Assembly: GCA_905215575.1 (NCBI GenBank)
Contig: CAJMQV010000003.1
Location: 11,965-75,964, forward strand
Direction: 5' to 3'
Length of the DNA: 64,000 nt
Origin: an uncultured bacterium
GTDB taxonomy: Bacteria > Bacteroidota > Bacteroidia > Bacteroidales > Bacteroidaceae
Of this stretch, positions 26,345 through 37,164 are shown piece by piece. Both the position numbers and the translations under genes were made by a program. Positions within the stretch are counted from its first letter, which is position 1. The number at the start of each line of letters is the position of its first letter. The notes under the pieces were generated by a model. It searched no databases. It was not told the origin of the DNA and saw only the letters and a list, made by a program, of their open reading frames with translations.

Positions 26345-27641
26345 TTTGCTGGTCTTCCTCATAGGACTATGGGGGAAGGCCGATAATATTCATGCACGAC
26401 AGGACACACTTTTTTTGTCATTACCTCAACTCTTCGAACGGGTTAGTCAGGAGCATCTTCGTCTGGCGGCCGATCGGTTGAAAGAGAATATAGCCAGAGA
26501 GCAGGCCCGTACGGCTCGTACGGCTCGCCTTCCAGAGATAAATATTGGTTTGAAAGGCGGTTATTTAGGGCAACCCATAGTGTGGCAACATGGTTTGAGT
26601 GACGCTACGCGTCCCGAGTCGCCCGACTGGCAGCAGAATTATACCTTTGATTTTTCGCAACCGGTTTATCAGGGCGGACGCATCCGTTATGCTATTCGTC
26701 AGGCTGATTTGGCCCAGGAACTTGCCACGTTGCAGACTGAGGCTGACTGTGCGGAAATCAAGCTGACTTTATTGGATCAGTATCTTTCTCTGTTCAGTCT
26801 TTACAAGCAATGCCGTGTGTTGCAGCGCAATATTGAAGAATCGGAACAGCGGTTGAAGAATATACGCCGTATGTGTGAGGAGGGAGTGATTACCAATAAT
26901 GATGTGTTGCGCAGTGAGATGCAATTGACCGACAATCGTCTGTCACTGTCTGAAACGCAGAATAATATTCGCTTGGTGTCACAGCAGTTGGACATTCTGC
27001 TTGGCATGGATGAGCAACTGCTGCTTGTTCCCGATACGGCTTTGCTGGAACAGGATTGTCCGATCGTTTCATACGAAGACTATGTCGATCGGGCTTATGC
27101 TGTGGAACCATCCATGCGTCTGTTGCAGAAACAGACGGAAATGGCTCAGAATCAGATTCGCCTGACGCAGGCAGAGCAAATGCCCCGTCTGTCGCTTTAC
27201 GCTTCGAATACTCTGGCCCGGCCGATCACGCGCACCATGGCCGATTTGTATAACAACAGCTGGAATGTGGGGCTTACGTTTTCTTATTCTTTGTCCTCGC
27301 TTTATCAGAACCGTCATCGCATGAGTGAGGCACGCCAACAGGTGAAGCTTTTGCAAAATACTGCGGACCAGAGCCGTCAGCAAATCCGTATGGCAGTTCA
27401 GAAAGCTTTGTTGAAGCATCGCGAGGCATTGGATCGGGTAGAGGCAATGAAGCTTTCTGTCCGTCAGGCCGAGGAGAACTATCGTATTATGAACAACCGC
27501 TATCTGAATCAGTTGGCCATACTTACGGACCTGCTCGATGCGGACAATTTGCGGTTGAATGCGGAATTGCAACTAACTACAGCCCGTACCCGGGCACTTT
27601 ATACCTATTATGAATTGCAGCGCATGATAGGCAATTTATAA
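26325..27641 (+). CDS. TolC-family outer-membrane efflux protein
   Basis: OEP-type repeats (QPVYQGG, LTDLLDA). Confidence 0.9.
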   Translation: MRWKPINLLVFLIGLWGKADNIHARQDTLFLSLPQLFERVSQEHLRLAADRLKENIAREQARTARTARLPEINIGLKGGYLGQPIVWQHGLSDATRPESPDWQQNYTFDFSQPVYQGGRIRYAIRQADLAQELATLQTEADCAEIKLTLLDQYLSLFSLYKQCRVLQRNIEESEQRLKNIRRMCEEGVITNNDVLRSEMQLTDNRLSLSETQNNIRLVSQQLDILLGMDEQLLLVPDTALLEQDCPIVSYEDYVDRAYAVEPSMRLLQKQTEMAQNQIRLTQAEQMPRLSLYASNTLARPITRTMADLYNNSWNVGLTFSYSLSSLYQNRHRMSEARQQVKLLQNTADQSRQQIRMAVQKALLKHREALDRVEAMKLSVRQAEENYRIMNNRYLNQLAILTDLLDADNLRLNAELQLTTARTRALYTYYELQRMIGNL

Positions 27642-27667
27642 TTCAGAATCTTTAGTCCTAATAGAAT

Positions 27668-28744
27668 ATGTCAAAGTCATTCATTCAAATCCGATATGAG
27701 CGCCTGAAAAAGAAAAAGCGCCGGAATATCATCTTGAACATCGTATGTTTGCTTATTGCCGGTTCCGGTCTGGCCTGGACCGCCAATTATTTCTGGCGTT
27801 ACATCAGTTATGAGATTACGAATGATGCTTTTGTCGATCAGTATGTGGCACCGGTCAATGTCCGTGTGTCGGGATATATTCAGGAAGTGCGTTTTCGGGA
27901 ACATCAGTATGTACATGCGGGAGATACTTTGGTCGTACTTGATAACCGTGAATATCTGATTCGTCAGAAGGAGGCGGAGGCCGCCTTGTTGGATGCCAAG
28001 GGCGAAGGCCAAGTGCTGGCTTCTGGCATACGCACCTCGCAAAGTCGTATTGATGAGCAGGATGCCAACCTGGCCGAAGCGAAAGCCAAACTGTGGCAGG
28101 CTGAGCAGGATTACCACCGTTATGAGCGTCTGTTGCAGGAAGAGTCCGTTCCGCGTCAGCAGTATGATCAGATGAAGGCTGCCTACGAAGCTGCTCAGGC
28201 ACGCTATGATGCTTTGCTGAAGCAAAAGGAAGCGGCTCATTCGCAATATGATGAGGCTACCCATAAGCAAGTGGGAGTGCAGGCCGGTGTGCTGCGTGCC
28301 GAGGCGGCACTCGATCTGGCCAATCTGAATCTTTCTTACACAGTGGTCACCGCTCCTTATAGTGGCTATATGGGGCGCCGTACTCTGGAGCCGGGGCAAT
28401 ATGTCTCTGCCGGACAGACTTTGTCTTATCTGGTACGTCAGTCCGGCAAGTGGATTACCGCCAATTATCGTGAAACCCAGATTGCTCATATTTATATCGG
28501 ACAGCCGGTACGTATTAAAGTGGATGGTATTCCCGGAAAAGTTTTTCAGGGCCACGTCACGGCTATTTCCGAGGCTACAGGTTCCAAATACTCTTTGGTA
28601 CCGACAGACAATTCTGCCGGTAACTTTGTGAAGGTACAGCAACGCATACCCGTTCGGATTGATCTTGACGATGTGGACGAGGAAAGCATGAGTCAGTTGC
28701 GTGCCGGTATGATGGTGGTTACAGAAGCGGAGCGGAAAAGATGA
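27668..28744 (+). CDS. HlyD/EmrA-family membrane fusion protein
   Basis: TNDAFV, DNSAGNFVKVQQRIPVRI. Confidence 0.92.
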   Translation: MSKSFIQIRYERLKKKKRRNIILNIVCLLIAGSGLAWTANYFWRYISYEITNDAFVDQYVAPVNVRVSGYIQEVRFREHQYVHAGDTLVVLDNREYLIRQKEAEAALLDAKGEGQVLASGIRTSQSRIDEQDANLAEAKAKLWQAEQDYHRYERLLQEESVPRQQYDQMKAAYEAAQARYDALLKQKEAAHSQYDEATHKQVGVQAGVLRAEAALDLANLNLSYTVVTAPYSGYMGRRTLEPGQYVSAGQTLSYLVRQSGKWITANYRETQIAHIYIGQPVRIKVDGIPGKVFQGHVTAISEATGSKYSLVPTDNSAGNFVKVQQRIPVRIDLDDVDEESMSQLRAGMMVVTEAERKR

Positions 28745-30345
28745 AGACGGCGAAAGAACTGGATATACCGGTACGGAGCTGGGTGCCCGACCGTTTGGCT
28801 GTGATTCTCCTGTTTCTGGTGATGCTTCCCATCGCCATGCTCAACGGTACTTATACCGGAAGTATTGTCGAGGTGTCCAATACTTTAGGCGTTTATACCG
28901 AGGATATCACAATCGGTTATTATGCCGCTTCGGCAGGCATGGCCGTGTCTTATCCCATTGTACCTAAGATTCTGGCCACGTTTTCTTCCAAAACCCTTTT
29001 GGTGGCCGACCTCACCTTGCAGTTTCTGCTCAGTTGGTTCTGTGCCCGTCAGTCACAGATCGAGCTGCTTATTGCCTCCAGTTTCATCATCGGATTTCTG
29101 AAAGGCTTTCTGATGTTGTGGGTTATCCGGCGCATCAAGTTTATTTTCAGTCCGGCCGATGTGCGCAGTGAATTCTATGCCTATTTCTATCCGCTGGTGT
29201 TCGGTTGCGGACAGCTTTCGATGGTCATTACCGCTTTGCTGGCCTATCATTACGACTGGAAGTACATGTATTATTTCATGATGCTGCTTCTGCTTGTGGC
29301 TCTTTTGGCGGTATTGCTTTTCATGCGTCACGACCGTCCGGCCAAACCGGTACCCTGGCGGGAACTCCATTTGCGTGAGATGCTCATCATTTCTACCGGA
29401 CTGCTCATGCTCATCTATGTGATAACCTATGGTAAGGTGCTCGACTGGATGGCTTCTTCGCGCATTATTCTTTATATCGTTTTGGCTCCATTGCTGATAG
29501 CTCTTTTTCTCTGGGAGCAGTTTCACTCTACGCATCCCTATGTCAGCCTGAAGCCTTTGTTTCAGTGGAAGGCCATTTTGGGATACTTCTATATGATGCT
29601 GGTTATGTTCTTCAGTACCTCTACCAGTCTGCTCACCAGCTACCTCACCACGATACTCCGTGTGGACAATACGCATAGCTATACTCTTTATATATGGTTG
29701 CTGCCCGGTTATCTGCTCGGAGCGGTTGTCTGTTTCTGGTGGTTCCGTTGGCAGCGTTGGCGTTTCCGTTTTCTGATAGCCGGTGGAATGGCTTGTTTTG
29801 CGGCTTTCTTCGGAATGCTTTATTTTGGAGTTTCGCCCGACAGTACTTATGAGATGCTCTATCTGCCCATGTTCCTGCGCGGACTGGGAATGCTTACGCT
29901 GATTATCGCTTTTGCCCTTTTCGCCGTGGAGGATCTGCCGCCGAAATATCTGCTGGCCAATGCCTTTTTCCTGATAACCTTCCGGTCTGTGCTGACTCCA
30001 GTTGTGGCTTCGGCCTTTTATAATAATGCTTTGTACTATCTGCAGCAGAAATATCTGGTTCAGCTGGCGGAGAATACGACAATGATTGATCCGCTGGCAG
30101 CCTCCCGTTGGAATTCATCTTTTGCTTCGGCCTTGCAGCAAGGACAGGGTACGGACGAGGCCATGCAGTTGGCCACGAATACCCTTTACACCGTGCTACA
30201 GCAGCAAAGCACTCTGCTAGCCTTGAAACATTTGCTTGGCTGGCTGTTTGCTGTGACTGTAGTGCTTACTGTCGTGTCACGGTTCATTCCGTTCCATAAA
30301 ACAGTACGTGTTCCGGTAATCCATACCGGTGAAGATATGGTATAA
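28741..30345 (+). CDS. MFS (EmrB-like) efflux transporter
   Basis: many hydrophobic segments; position in the operon. Confidence 0.82.
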   Translation: MKTAKELDIPVRSWVPDRLAVILLFLVMLPIAMLNGTYTGSIVEVSNTLGVYTEDITIGYYAASAGMAVSYPIVPKILATFSSKTLLVADLTLQFLLSWFCARQSQIELLIASSFIIGFLKGFLMLWVIRRIKFIFSPADVRSEFYAYFYPLVFGCGQLSMVITALLAYHYDWKYMYYFMMLLLLVALLAVLLFMRHDRPAKPVPWRELHLREMLIISTGLLMLIYVITYGKVLDWMASSRIILYIVLAPLLIALFLWEQFHSTHPYVSLKPLFQWKAILGYFYMMLVMFFSTSTSLLTSYLTTILRVDNTHSYTLYIWLLPGYLLGAVVCFWWFRWQRWRFRFLIAGGMACFAAFFGMLYFGVSPDSTYEMLYLPMFLRGLGMLTLIIAFALFAVEDLPPKYLLANAFFLITFRSVLTPVVASAFYNNALYYLQQKYLVQLAENTTMIDPLAASRWNSSFASALQQGQGTDEAMQLATNTLYTVLQQQSTLLALKHLLGWLFAVTVVLTVVSRFIPFHKTVRVPVIHTGEDMV

Positions 30346-30831
30346 TGAAAAAAACGTCCCGACGAAATGTGCAATTCATCGAAAGGAATTGCAATTTTTG
30401 TCGGGATGATTTTGTATTTTCGATGTCTCTGAGGAAGTAATACTCAAGAGTGAGTTGAATGAAGCCTGTGAAAATCATTTTTTAGCCCAATAAGGAAATG
30501 GTCGTTTTATAAATAGGTATTTTTCTGTAATCGTTGGATTTCATGGGTTAATTTATATTAGTGTGCAAGGTTTTTTATGTTTTAATTGGTTAATGTATTA
30601 ATCTTTTATCTTAATATGAATTTTAAAAGAAGTATCATTTAACTTCATATATTACTATAAGTTCATTAGAATATGCATATAATGTTATATTTATTCATTT
30701 TAATCTGCTTTTTTATTCCAAATCATTAATATTGCTGCTTGTTGCGTAAAAAAAAAGGATATTTTTTTTTGCTTTTAATATATATCCCTATATTTGCAAT
30801 CGAATAACAAATTAATTAAAAATTAAGTTTT

Positions 30832-33800
30832 ATGCAAAAATTATCTACTTATTCAGTAAAGGGCATTCTGATGGCTTTGCTATGCTTACTGTTTGTAGGT
30901 CTTGATGCAAAAGCCGTTCGGTCTTCTGCAGTTGAAGATCTGAATATAGACTTGAAGGTTGGAGAGACTTATGAGTATAAGGCTTTTCAGTCAGTCTATG
31001 TTTCATACGTAGCCACAGAAAATGGAGTCCTTAAATTGGAGAACCATTCTCCTTACGGTTCTTTTTTGAGTCAGACAAAAGGACGTTATGTTGACACTTC
31101 AACAGAAACTTTAAAGACTGCTGTGAATGGAGTTCTGGAAGTGGATGTTCAGACAGGTGTCACTTATTATTTTTATCAGTGGATGATGGATGCCGGAAGT
31201 TTTACTTCTTCTTTCAGAAAGGCTGATGAAATTAAAATGGAATTGGTGTCTGTAACTCCAGAAGAAGGTTCTGTACTTTCTTCCGAAGACGCTTCTCTGG
31301 TGTCTTATGCCTTTAACAACGATGTGCTGATTGACAATGCAACTGTTACTTCAGGAACACAGACTGCTACAGTGGATGTGAACGTTACTTCAGACCGTTT
31401 TGCTTCTTTGGATGTTCTTTCTGTTTTGACAGGATGGCTTAAGGATGAGAAAGTAAAAGCCGGTGATGATTTGACTATTACTTTAAATAATGTGCGTTAT
31501 GCTAAAGACCAGAGCATTATCTACGGCGAAGACGGTTCTTTAAGTGTAACTTATAAAATTGCTGCAAAAGCTTTGGAGCTGGTTAGTGTAACTGGTGCAT
31601 CTTTGGATAAGTTCACCGATTTCCTTTCATATTATGTTCCTTCAAATCCTGCATCCAAGATTGTCTTGACTTTTGACGGCAATTTGTTGAATGATGCCGA
31701 TGACGCTCCGAAGGCTATTCTGAATTATGGAGATCTTGACATGGATGCTGTCGGTGGTTATTATCAGGAGAGTATCCCAGTAGTGGTTGAGGGTAATACA
31801 GCTACCGTTGATTTGTCTGGTAAACTCAGACGTACTCAGGATATGACTCCGAATTACAGTTCTGATGATGATATCTATAAGATTCTTTCTATTAAGGTAT
31901 CTAATCTGAAATCAGAAGACGGACAGTATATTGCTTCTACACAGCCAGGTGCTGTCGGTTCTATTTCCTTTATGTTCAATCTGGTGGATGTAACAGCAAA
32001 TGTTACCAGTGACTTTACTCCGGGAGATGGTGCTTCACTGACAGATGTTGATAATTTGGAAATCTGGATTCAGAACGATGCTGCTTTGATTTATGAAGGT
32101 GTACGTTTTGACTACGTTGCTGGTGGTGTACAGAAAAGTACCATTGTCATGAACGACAAGATTGAGAAGGTTGAGGACCCTACAGATAAGACAGCAATGA
32201 TTTTGACTGTTCCAGTACCACGCATGATTGCTGATGAAGGCTCTGAGGTTAAGGTATCCTTGTCTGCTTTGTCTACTGCTGATGGATTGGATCACAGTCA
32301 GGATGTGGTTGCCACTTATAAGGCACCTGTTTATTCTCAGGAAGATACAGAGTTGAAGATCTTGAGCTGTAACTATGAGAACGGTGGTTCTTACGAAAAG
32401 ATTCCGGCAAAAGATAAACTGATTTTGACAACTTCTAAAGATGATGAGATCGGTTTCATGATTTTCGATATCAAGGATATTACAACTGATGAAATTGTGA
32501 AGTCTTCTTCAATCTTCCAGAAAGAAGAAAGCGGATGGTCTAACTACTTCTATTATGACTGCGTTCTGATGGAAGGTCATCAATATGAATTGGTTGTTAC
32601 TGCCTATAAGACAGAAGACGATTATAATTACGGAGCTGATCCTCTGGGAGTAGGCAAGGTTACTTGGAATGGTTTGACCAAACCTTATGAATACAGTGAT
32701 GCTACTCTGGAAAGTATTAATCCTGGACCAACACCGGAAGATGATACAACTTTGGATACTCCTGTAAAGATTGAAACTGCTGATGAGGATTATAGTATTG
32801 ATTTGACTTTCACTAAGCCGGTTACTGTCAATGCTTTCATTATTCATAGATTCGGTATGACTGCTGATTTGAAGTCTGTTACTTCAAATGAAGACAAGAC
32901 TGTTTGGACTTTGGTTATTGGTAAAGAATATCTTGCCACTGCTCCAGAAACGATTCAGCTTTCTGTTTCTGCAAAGGATGAGCAGGGAAGAACAGTTAAG
33001 GCTACTCATGGAGAAGATGATGGTAGTTACTGGATTTTATACTATTCTTGTACAGTACAAGTTCCAGATGTGACAATTTCTACAGTAGAAACTGCTGGTG
33101 TTGTTACCGGACTTAAATTTGATTGTGTAAAGTACCTGTCTCAATCTTATTTGGCAGGTAAGGAAATAAAGATCTATGATTTGGCTAACCGTACAGTGGT
33201 TTATACCATAGAGAGCGGTGCTCAGTTCACTCCGGTAGTTCCTGAAGAAGAACAGGATAATCCGTTCTATCAGCCTAATTCACTGATCTATTACTTTGAC
33301 AAGCCTCTGGCAGACGGAGCTTACAATGTGATTTTGCCACGCGGTTACTTCATTTTGGGTGAACAGTTTGATTCATTCAACAACAAGGAGGAAGTCTATA
33401 ACTTCACTGTAGGTTCTTCAACCGGTGACGGTGAACTGGACAAGACCTTTGAACCTGCATCTGTAACTCCATCTGGCGAAGAGTCAGTCTACAGCATTAA
33501 GGAAATCCGCCTGAAGATGCCGACTACATTCTCTCTCAATGAGAAAGATCCTAAGGAAGTCAGTCTGGTTGGACGTTTGAGCGGTAGCACAATCACTGGT
33601 ACTTTGAGCCGTGATCCGGAAGATGAGTTCTTTACTGTTCTGGTTACTTTGGAAAAAGAGGTAACAACTCCAGATTCTTATATGCTGGTTATTCCTGAGG
33701 AGGCATTTGGTGACGATGAGTATGGAGCAACTGAGTTTACCGGTGGTAAGTGTAATCCTAAGTTGATGTACTCAATTGTAGTAGTAGCCGCTCCGAAACC

Positions 33801-34278
33801 AATCGAGATTACTCCGGCCGACGGCGCTGAGGTTGAAGAGTTGAGTGAATTCTTCTTCAAGGGTGTTGAAATCAACGATTACACCAAGGAGATGGTTCTG
33901 AAGGATAAGGATGGTAACGAATTGGCTAAGTTCAATGCCGATAAATTGGAATGGGTATACGAAGATGATAACTGGGAGAACTTCTTGGGTTACAGTTATA
34001 CTTTGGCTGAAGCAATTACTGAACCGGGTGACTATACTTTGGAAATTCCGGAAGGTTTGCTGGCTTATTCTAACTTCGAGCCGATCCCAGCCATGACCTT
34101 GAAGTACCACATTGCTGATCCTACAACTGGTATTCAGAATGTATGGGGCGACAATGCTCAGGTAACAGTTTACACAATTAATGGTGTATTGCTCTATCAT
34201 AACGCTGATGCTTCTGTAGTGAAGAATCTGAAGAAGGGACTTTATATCATTAATGGTAAGAAGGTAGCTGTTAAGTAA
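30832..34278 (+). CDS. large secreted/surface protein with repeated Ig-like modules and T9SS-type C-terminus
   Basis: signal peptide; repeated (S/E)xTP..G motifs; C-terminal TGI..V...VYTING...KGLYIINGKKV. Confidence 0.8.
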   Translation: MQKLSTYSVKGILMALLCLLFVGLDAKAVRSSAVEDLNIDLKVGETYEYKAFQSVYVSYVATENGVLKLENHSPYGSFLSQTKGRYVDTSTETLKTAVNGVLEVDVQTGVTYYFYQWMMDAGSFTSSFRKADEIKMELVSVTPEEGSVLSSEDASLVSYAFNNDVLIDNATVTSGTQTATVDVNVTSDRFASLDVLSVLTGWLKDEKVKAGDDLTITLNNVRYAKDQSIIYGEDGSLSVTYKIAAKALELVSVTGASLDKFTDFLSYYVPSNPASKIVLTFDGNLLNDADDAPKAILNYGDLDMDAVGGYYQESIPVVVEGNTATVDLSGKLRRTQDMTPNYSSDDDIYKILSIKVSNLKSEDGQYIASTQPGAVGSISFMFNLVDVTANVTSDFTPGDGASLTDVDNLEIWIQNDAALIYEGVRFDYVAGGVQKSTIVMNDKIEKVEDPTDKTAMILTVPVPRMIADEGSEVKVSLSALSTADGLDHSQDVVATYKAPVYSQEDTELKILSCNYENGGSYEKIPAKDKLILTTSKDDEIGFMIFDIKDITTDEIVKSSSIFQKEESGWSNYFYYDCVLMEGHQYELVVTAYKTEDDYNYGADPLGVGKVTWNGLTKPYEYSDATLESINPGPTPEDDTTLDTPVKIETADEDYSIDLTFTKPVTVNAFIIHRFGMTADLKSVTSNEDKTVWTLVIGKEYLATAPETIQLSVSAKDEQGRTVKATHGEDDGSYWILYYSCTVQVPDVTISTVETAGVVTGLKFDCVKYLSQSYLAGKEIKIYDLANRTVVYTIESGAQFTPVVPEEEQDNPFYQPNSLIYYFDKPLADGAYNVILPRGYFILGEQFDSFNNKEEVYNFTVGSSTGDGELDKTFEPASVTPSGEESVYSIKEIRLKMPTTFSLNEKDPKEVSLVGRLSGSTITGTLSRDPEDEFFTVLVTLEKEVTTPDSYMLVIPEEAFGDDEYGATEFTGGKCNPKLMYSIVVVAAPKPIEITPADGAEVEELSEFFFKGVEINDYTKEMVLKDKDGNELAKFNADKLEWVYEDDNWENFLGYSYTLAEAITEPGDYTLEIPEGLLAYSNFEPIPAMTLKYHIADPTTGIQNVWGDNAQVTVYTINGVLLYHNADASVVKNLKKGLYIINGKKVAVK

Positions 34279-34298
34279 TTGATTTGACAGAATAATTT

Positions 34299-34340
34299 TA
34301 GGGAGGAAAGGTAACCATGATGTTATCTTTCCTCTTTTTT
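34299..34340 (+). terminator. intrinsic terminator
   Basis: GAGGAAAGGTAAC...GTTATCTTTCCTC followed by a T-run. Confidence 0.7.
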
Positions 34341-34389
34341 CCCGCAGCCGGGTGGCTTGCGGGTTTTGACATTTAATAAATAGTAGATT

Positions 34390-36057
34390 ATGACTTTTAT
34401 CAGATTGAAAAAAAATCAGAAAAGAATGCAGGGAGGTGTTCGTTTCAAAACGCTTTCCATGGCTCTTCTGTGTTGTGCTTCTTTAGCGGCTTCACCCGTT
34501 ATCCGCAAGAGCATTACCGTGACACAACCCGATGGAAGTGAACTGGTACTGATGCCTCATGGAGATGAGTTTGGAGTGTGGTATACCGATACAGAGGGAC
34601 GGGTGATGGTGCAGGATGCACAAGGTAATTTTGTTTATGTCAGTGCGGATGCTGCCCTTATGAATCGAACTAAAGCTGTGGCTCAGAATCGTATTGGAGA
34701 GATGTCTGTTCACGAAGGAAGTCCGCGCATTCCGGTTATTCTGGTTTCTTTTGCTGACAAGGATTTCTCGGAAAAGGACCCGAAGGCCGGGTTTGAGAAC
34801 CGTTTGTGCAGAGCGGCTACATTAAGTGAGGTGGAAGCCGGAAACGGTTCGGCCTATCAGTATTTTGTGGATCAGAGCGACGGTAAGTTTACACCGGAAT
34901 TTGAAATAATCGGTCCGTTGAAACTGTCTCAGCCTGAAGCTTCCTACGTAAACAAAGAAGCAGAGATGGTCAGTGAGGCTGTAGCGTTGGCGTCAGCGCA
35001 GGGCATTGTGTCAGACTGGTCTGTTTATGACAGTGATGGAGATGGAAAGGTAGATGCGTCTTATGTGATCTTTGCCGGTGAAGGACGTCATGCGCATCCT
35101 CAGGATATGACACTGATCTGGCCTCAGACTTCTGTCTTTGTAAATAATCCGCCACAGGCAGACGGCGTTACCTTTCATGCTTATTCCTGCTGCAATGAAT
35201 TGCTTTATGGCGAATTGGACGGCTTCGGCACTTTCTGCCATGAGTTCAGTCATCAGTTGGGATTGCCGGATTTCTACCGTACCGACGGTGGCATATTGAG
35301 TGAGTTCAATATGGGGCCTTGGTCATTGATGGATTATGGAAGTTATAACGGAAGCGGTTATCTGCCTGTAGGTTATCGTGCCTTGGAAAAATGGTGTATG
35401 GGATGGCTGGAACCTATAGAGCTGGAAAAGGCTGCTACTGTTGTGGGATGGCCGGCTAATGCCGCACCGTTCAAGATTTCCAATGATGTGGACAATTCCG
35501 AATATTATATTCTGGAAACTGTTGATAAAAAAGGATGGAATCATGCTTGTCCGGCAGAAGGTATTCTTGTGACACACGTTTATTTGCCCGGAGGATTCAA
35601 GTCGAATTCTTGGAAAGACAATTCTTTAAATAACAGTGCAGCTCCAAGCGTACATGTTATTGCTGCCGACAATGAGCGTTTACAATTGGTTACCGGTGTA
35701 AATGAGGCGGAATATGAAGAGAGCATCCGCCACGATCTGTATCCTAACGAAGCCGGAAATAATGAATTGACCAATACTTCTACTCCGGCTGCAAATGTGT
35801 ATGTAGGTCTTTGGGGACAGATGAATAAACCGATAACAGAGATGACTTATGATGCTCAGACAGGGCGTGCTTCTTTCTTGTTTATGGGAGGTGATGATCA
35901 AAACATCATAACTTCTGTCAGTGCTCCTATGAAACAGAATGGAAAGGAAAAGGGCTGTTGGAGTCTGGATGGATTGCGTTGGGAGAAACAACCAAACCAG
36001 AAAGGTATTTATATTATTCGAGATGGTCAGGGAAATCTGATTAAGGTTTGCCGATAA
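34390..36057 (+). CDS. M6-family (immune inhibitor A-like) metalloprotease, T9SS-type cargo
   Basis: QPDGS..HGDE, HEFSHQLGLPD, WSLMDYG. Confidence 0.88.
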   Translation: MTFIRLKKNQKRMQGGVRFKTLSMALLCCASLAASPVIRKSITVTQPDGSELVLMPHGDEFGVWYTDTEGRVMVQDAQGNFVYVSADAALMNRTKAVAQNRIGEMSVHEGSPRIPVILVSFADKDFSEKDPKAGFENRLCRAATLSEVEAGNGSAYQYFVDQSDGKFTPEFEIIGPLKLSQPEASYVNKEAEMVSEAVALASAQGIVSDWSVYDSDGDGKVDASYVIFAGEGRHAHPQDMTLIWPQTSVFVNNPPQADGVTFHAYSCCNELLYGELDGFGTFCHEFSHQLGLPDFYRTDGGILSEFNMGPWSLMDYGSYNGSGYLPVGYRALEKWCMGWLEPIELEKAATVVGWPANAAPFKISNDVDNSEYYILETVDKKGWNHACPAEGILVTHVYLPGGFKSNSWKDNSLNNSAAPSVHVIAADNERLQLVTGVNEAEYEESIRHDLYPNEAGNNELTNTSTPAANVYVGLWGQMNKPITEMTYDAQTGRASFLFMGGDDQNIITSVSAPMKQNGKEKGCWSLDGLRWEKQPNQKGIYIIRDGQGNLIKVCR

Positions 36058-36079
36058 AATTCTTTCTGATGGCTGAAAA

Positions 36080-36126
36080 CAAATAGCCCGGACTCAGTGA
36101 ACTGATGTCCGGGCTATTTGTTTTTT
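36080..36126. terminator. bidirectional terminator
   Basis: AAATAGCCCGGAC...GTCCGGGCTATTT. Confidence 0.75.
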
Positions 36127-36144
36127 AGATATATCAAGAGCTGA

Positions 36145-37164
36145 TTATCGGGTCAGTTCCAGATTCAGGAACTGATTGATGGCTCCCATATTCTGATCGT
36201 CCTTGTAGGCAGACAGAGCAAAACCTCCCATTTTCTTTCCGTCCTGGAATGTGCTGTCGGCCTTGAACGGATAATTGAGTTTGTCGTTCAGATACTCCGG
36301 ATTACAGAAATAGTGTCGGGCTGCGCTTTCTTTTTCTTTGGAGTAAATGATGCTTTCTTCGGACAAGCCGCAAACATATACCTGATATTGTGAATTATAC
36401 ATACCGGCATAGCTGTTGGTGACAATGGCCAGAGAGTTTCCGTAAGCAACGGCTGGAATACGGATTCCGTCTTGCAATCCGTCAATTACCAGTTGGTTTC
36501 CGTTGGCAGAGATTTGAATGTTCTTTTGCTGTTGCTTGCCGCTTTTATCCTGCCATTTAGCTGTCCAATTGCCTAAGAAGTTGCTGGTTTCGTACTGATA
36601 GATTCCTGTCGTGATGGTCTGGTTCAGAGACTCACAATAGAATTGTACTTTTGCATAACGTGGCGCTCCGCTTGTGTTGGATGCGATATTTAACGTAGTG
36701 CCTTCAGTACCTATGTTCGGAGTAATCCACGAAGCTTCTGTTGAGGCTGCATAATCAAAAACGGTTTTGATATCATAAACCAGCTTTTGCTGCTTGTTGT
36801 TTACGATAAAGGTGTCCTGGCCCGCATCACTTCTGAAGTAACCGCCTGCTTGTGATACCGGAACCTTTTGGCTGCCATCCGCAGATGTGATGGTTACTAC
36901 GGCTGTACGGCCTTCGAGAGAAGTATTATTAGATACTTCCAGAAGCACACTGTCTTGTTTGCAGGTCACCTGACACCAGTCTTCGGATGAACTGGCGGTA
37001 AAGTTGCCGGACTGAGACAGGACGATATAACCTTTTGACTCTTTAGCCTGGAAATAGGCCTCCGATTTGACTACCTGTAAAGAGTAAGTGCTCTCTTCGT
37101 CCTGGCAACTGACGGCACCCATACAAAGCATGGGTACCATCAGAAAAGGAATATATTTTTTCAT
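36145..37164 (-). CDS. BACON-domain lipoprotein
   Basis: lipobox AVSC; W...N...R...Q BACON pattern occurs twice. Confidence 0.8.
   Translation of the reverse strand: MKKYIPFLMVPMLCMGAVSCQDEESTYSLQVVKSEAYFQAKESKGYIVLSQSGNFTASSSEDWCQVTCKQDSVLLEVSNNTSLEGRTAVVTITSADGSQKVPVSQAGGYFRSDAGQDTFIVNNKQQKLVYDIKTVFDYAASTEASWITPNIGTEGTTLNIASNTSGAPRYAKVQFYCESLNQTITTGIYQYETSNFLGNWTAKWQDKSGKQQQKNIQISANGNQLVIDGLQDGIRIPAVAYGNSLAIVTNSYAGMYNSQYQVYVCGLSEESIIYSKEKESAARHYFCNPEYLNDKLNYPFKADSTFQDGKKMGGFALSAYKDDQNMGAINQFLNLELTR

Noticed and set aside
18310..28642. Long antisense ORFs (18310-19218, 19427-20386, 27677-28642)
   Set aside because: They are shadows of well-supported genes on the opposite strand and have no recognisable motifs.
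30748..30770. A9/T9 tracts upstream of the large surface protein as a phase-variation switch
   Set aside because: Short homopolymers are common in AT-rich Bacteroidales intergenic DNA, and I see no invertible repeats or recombinase nearby.
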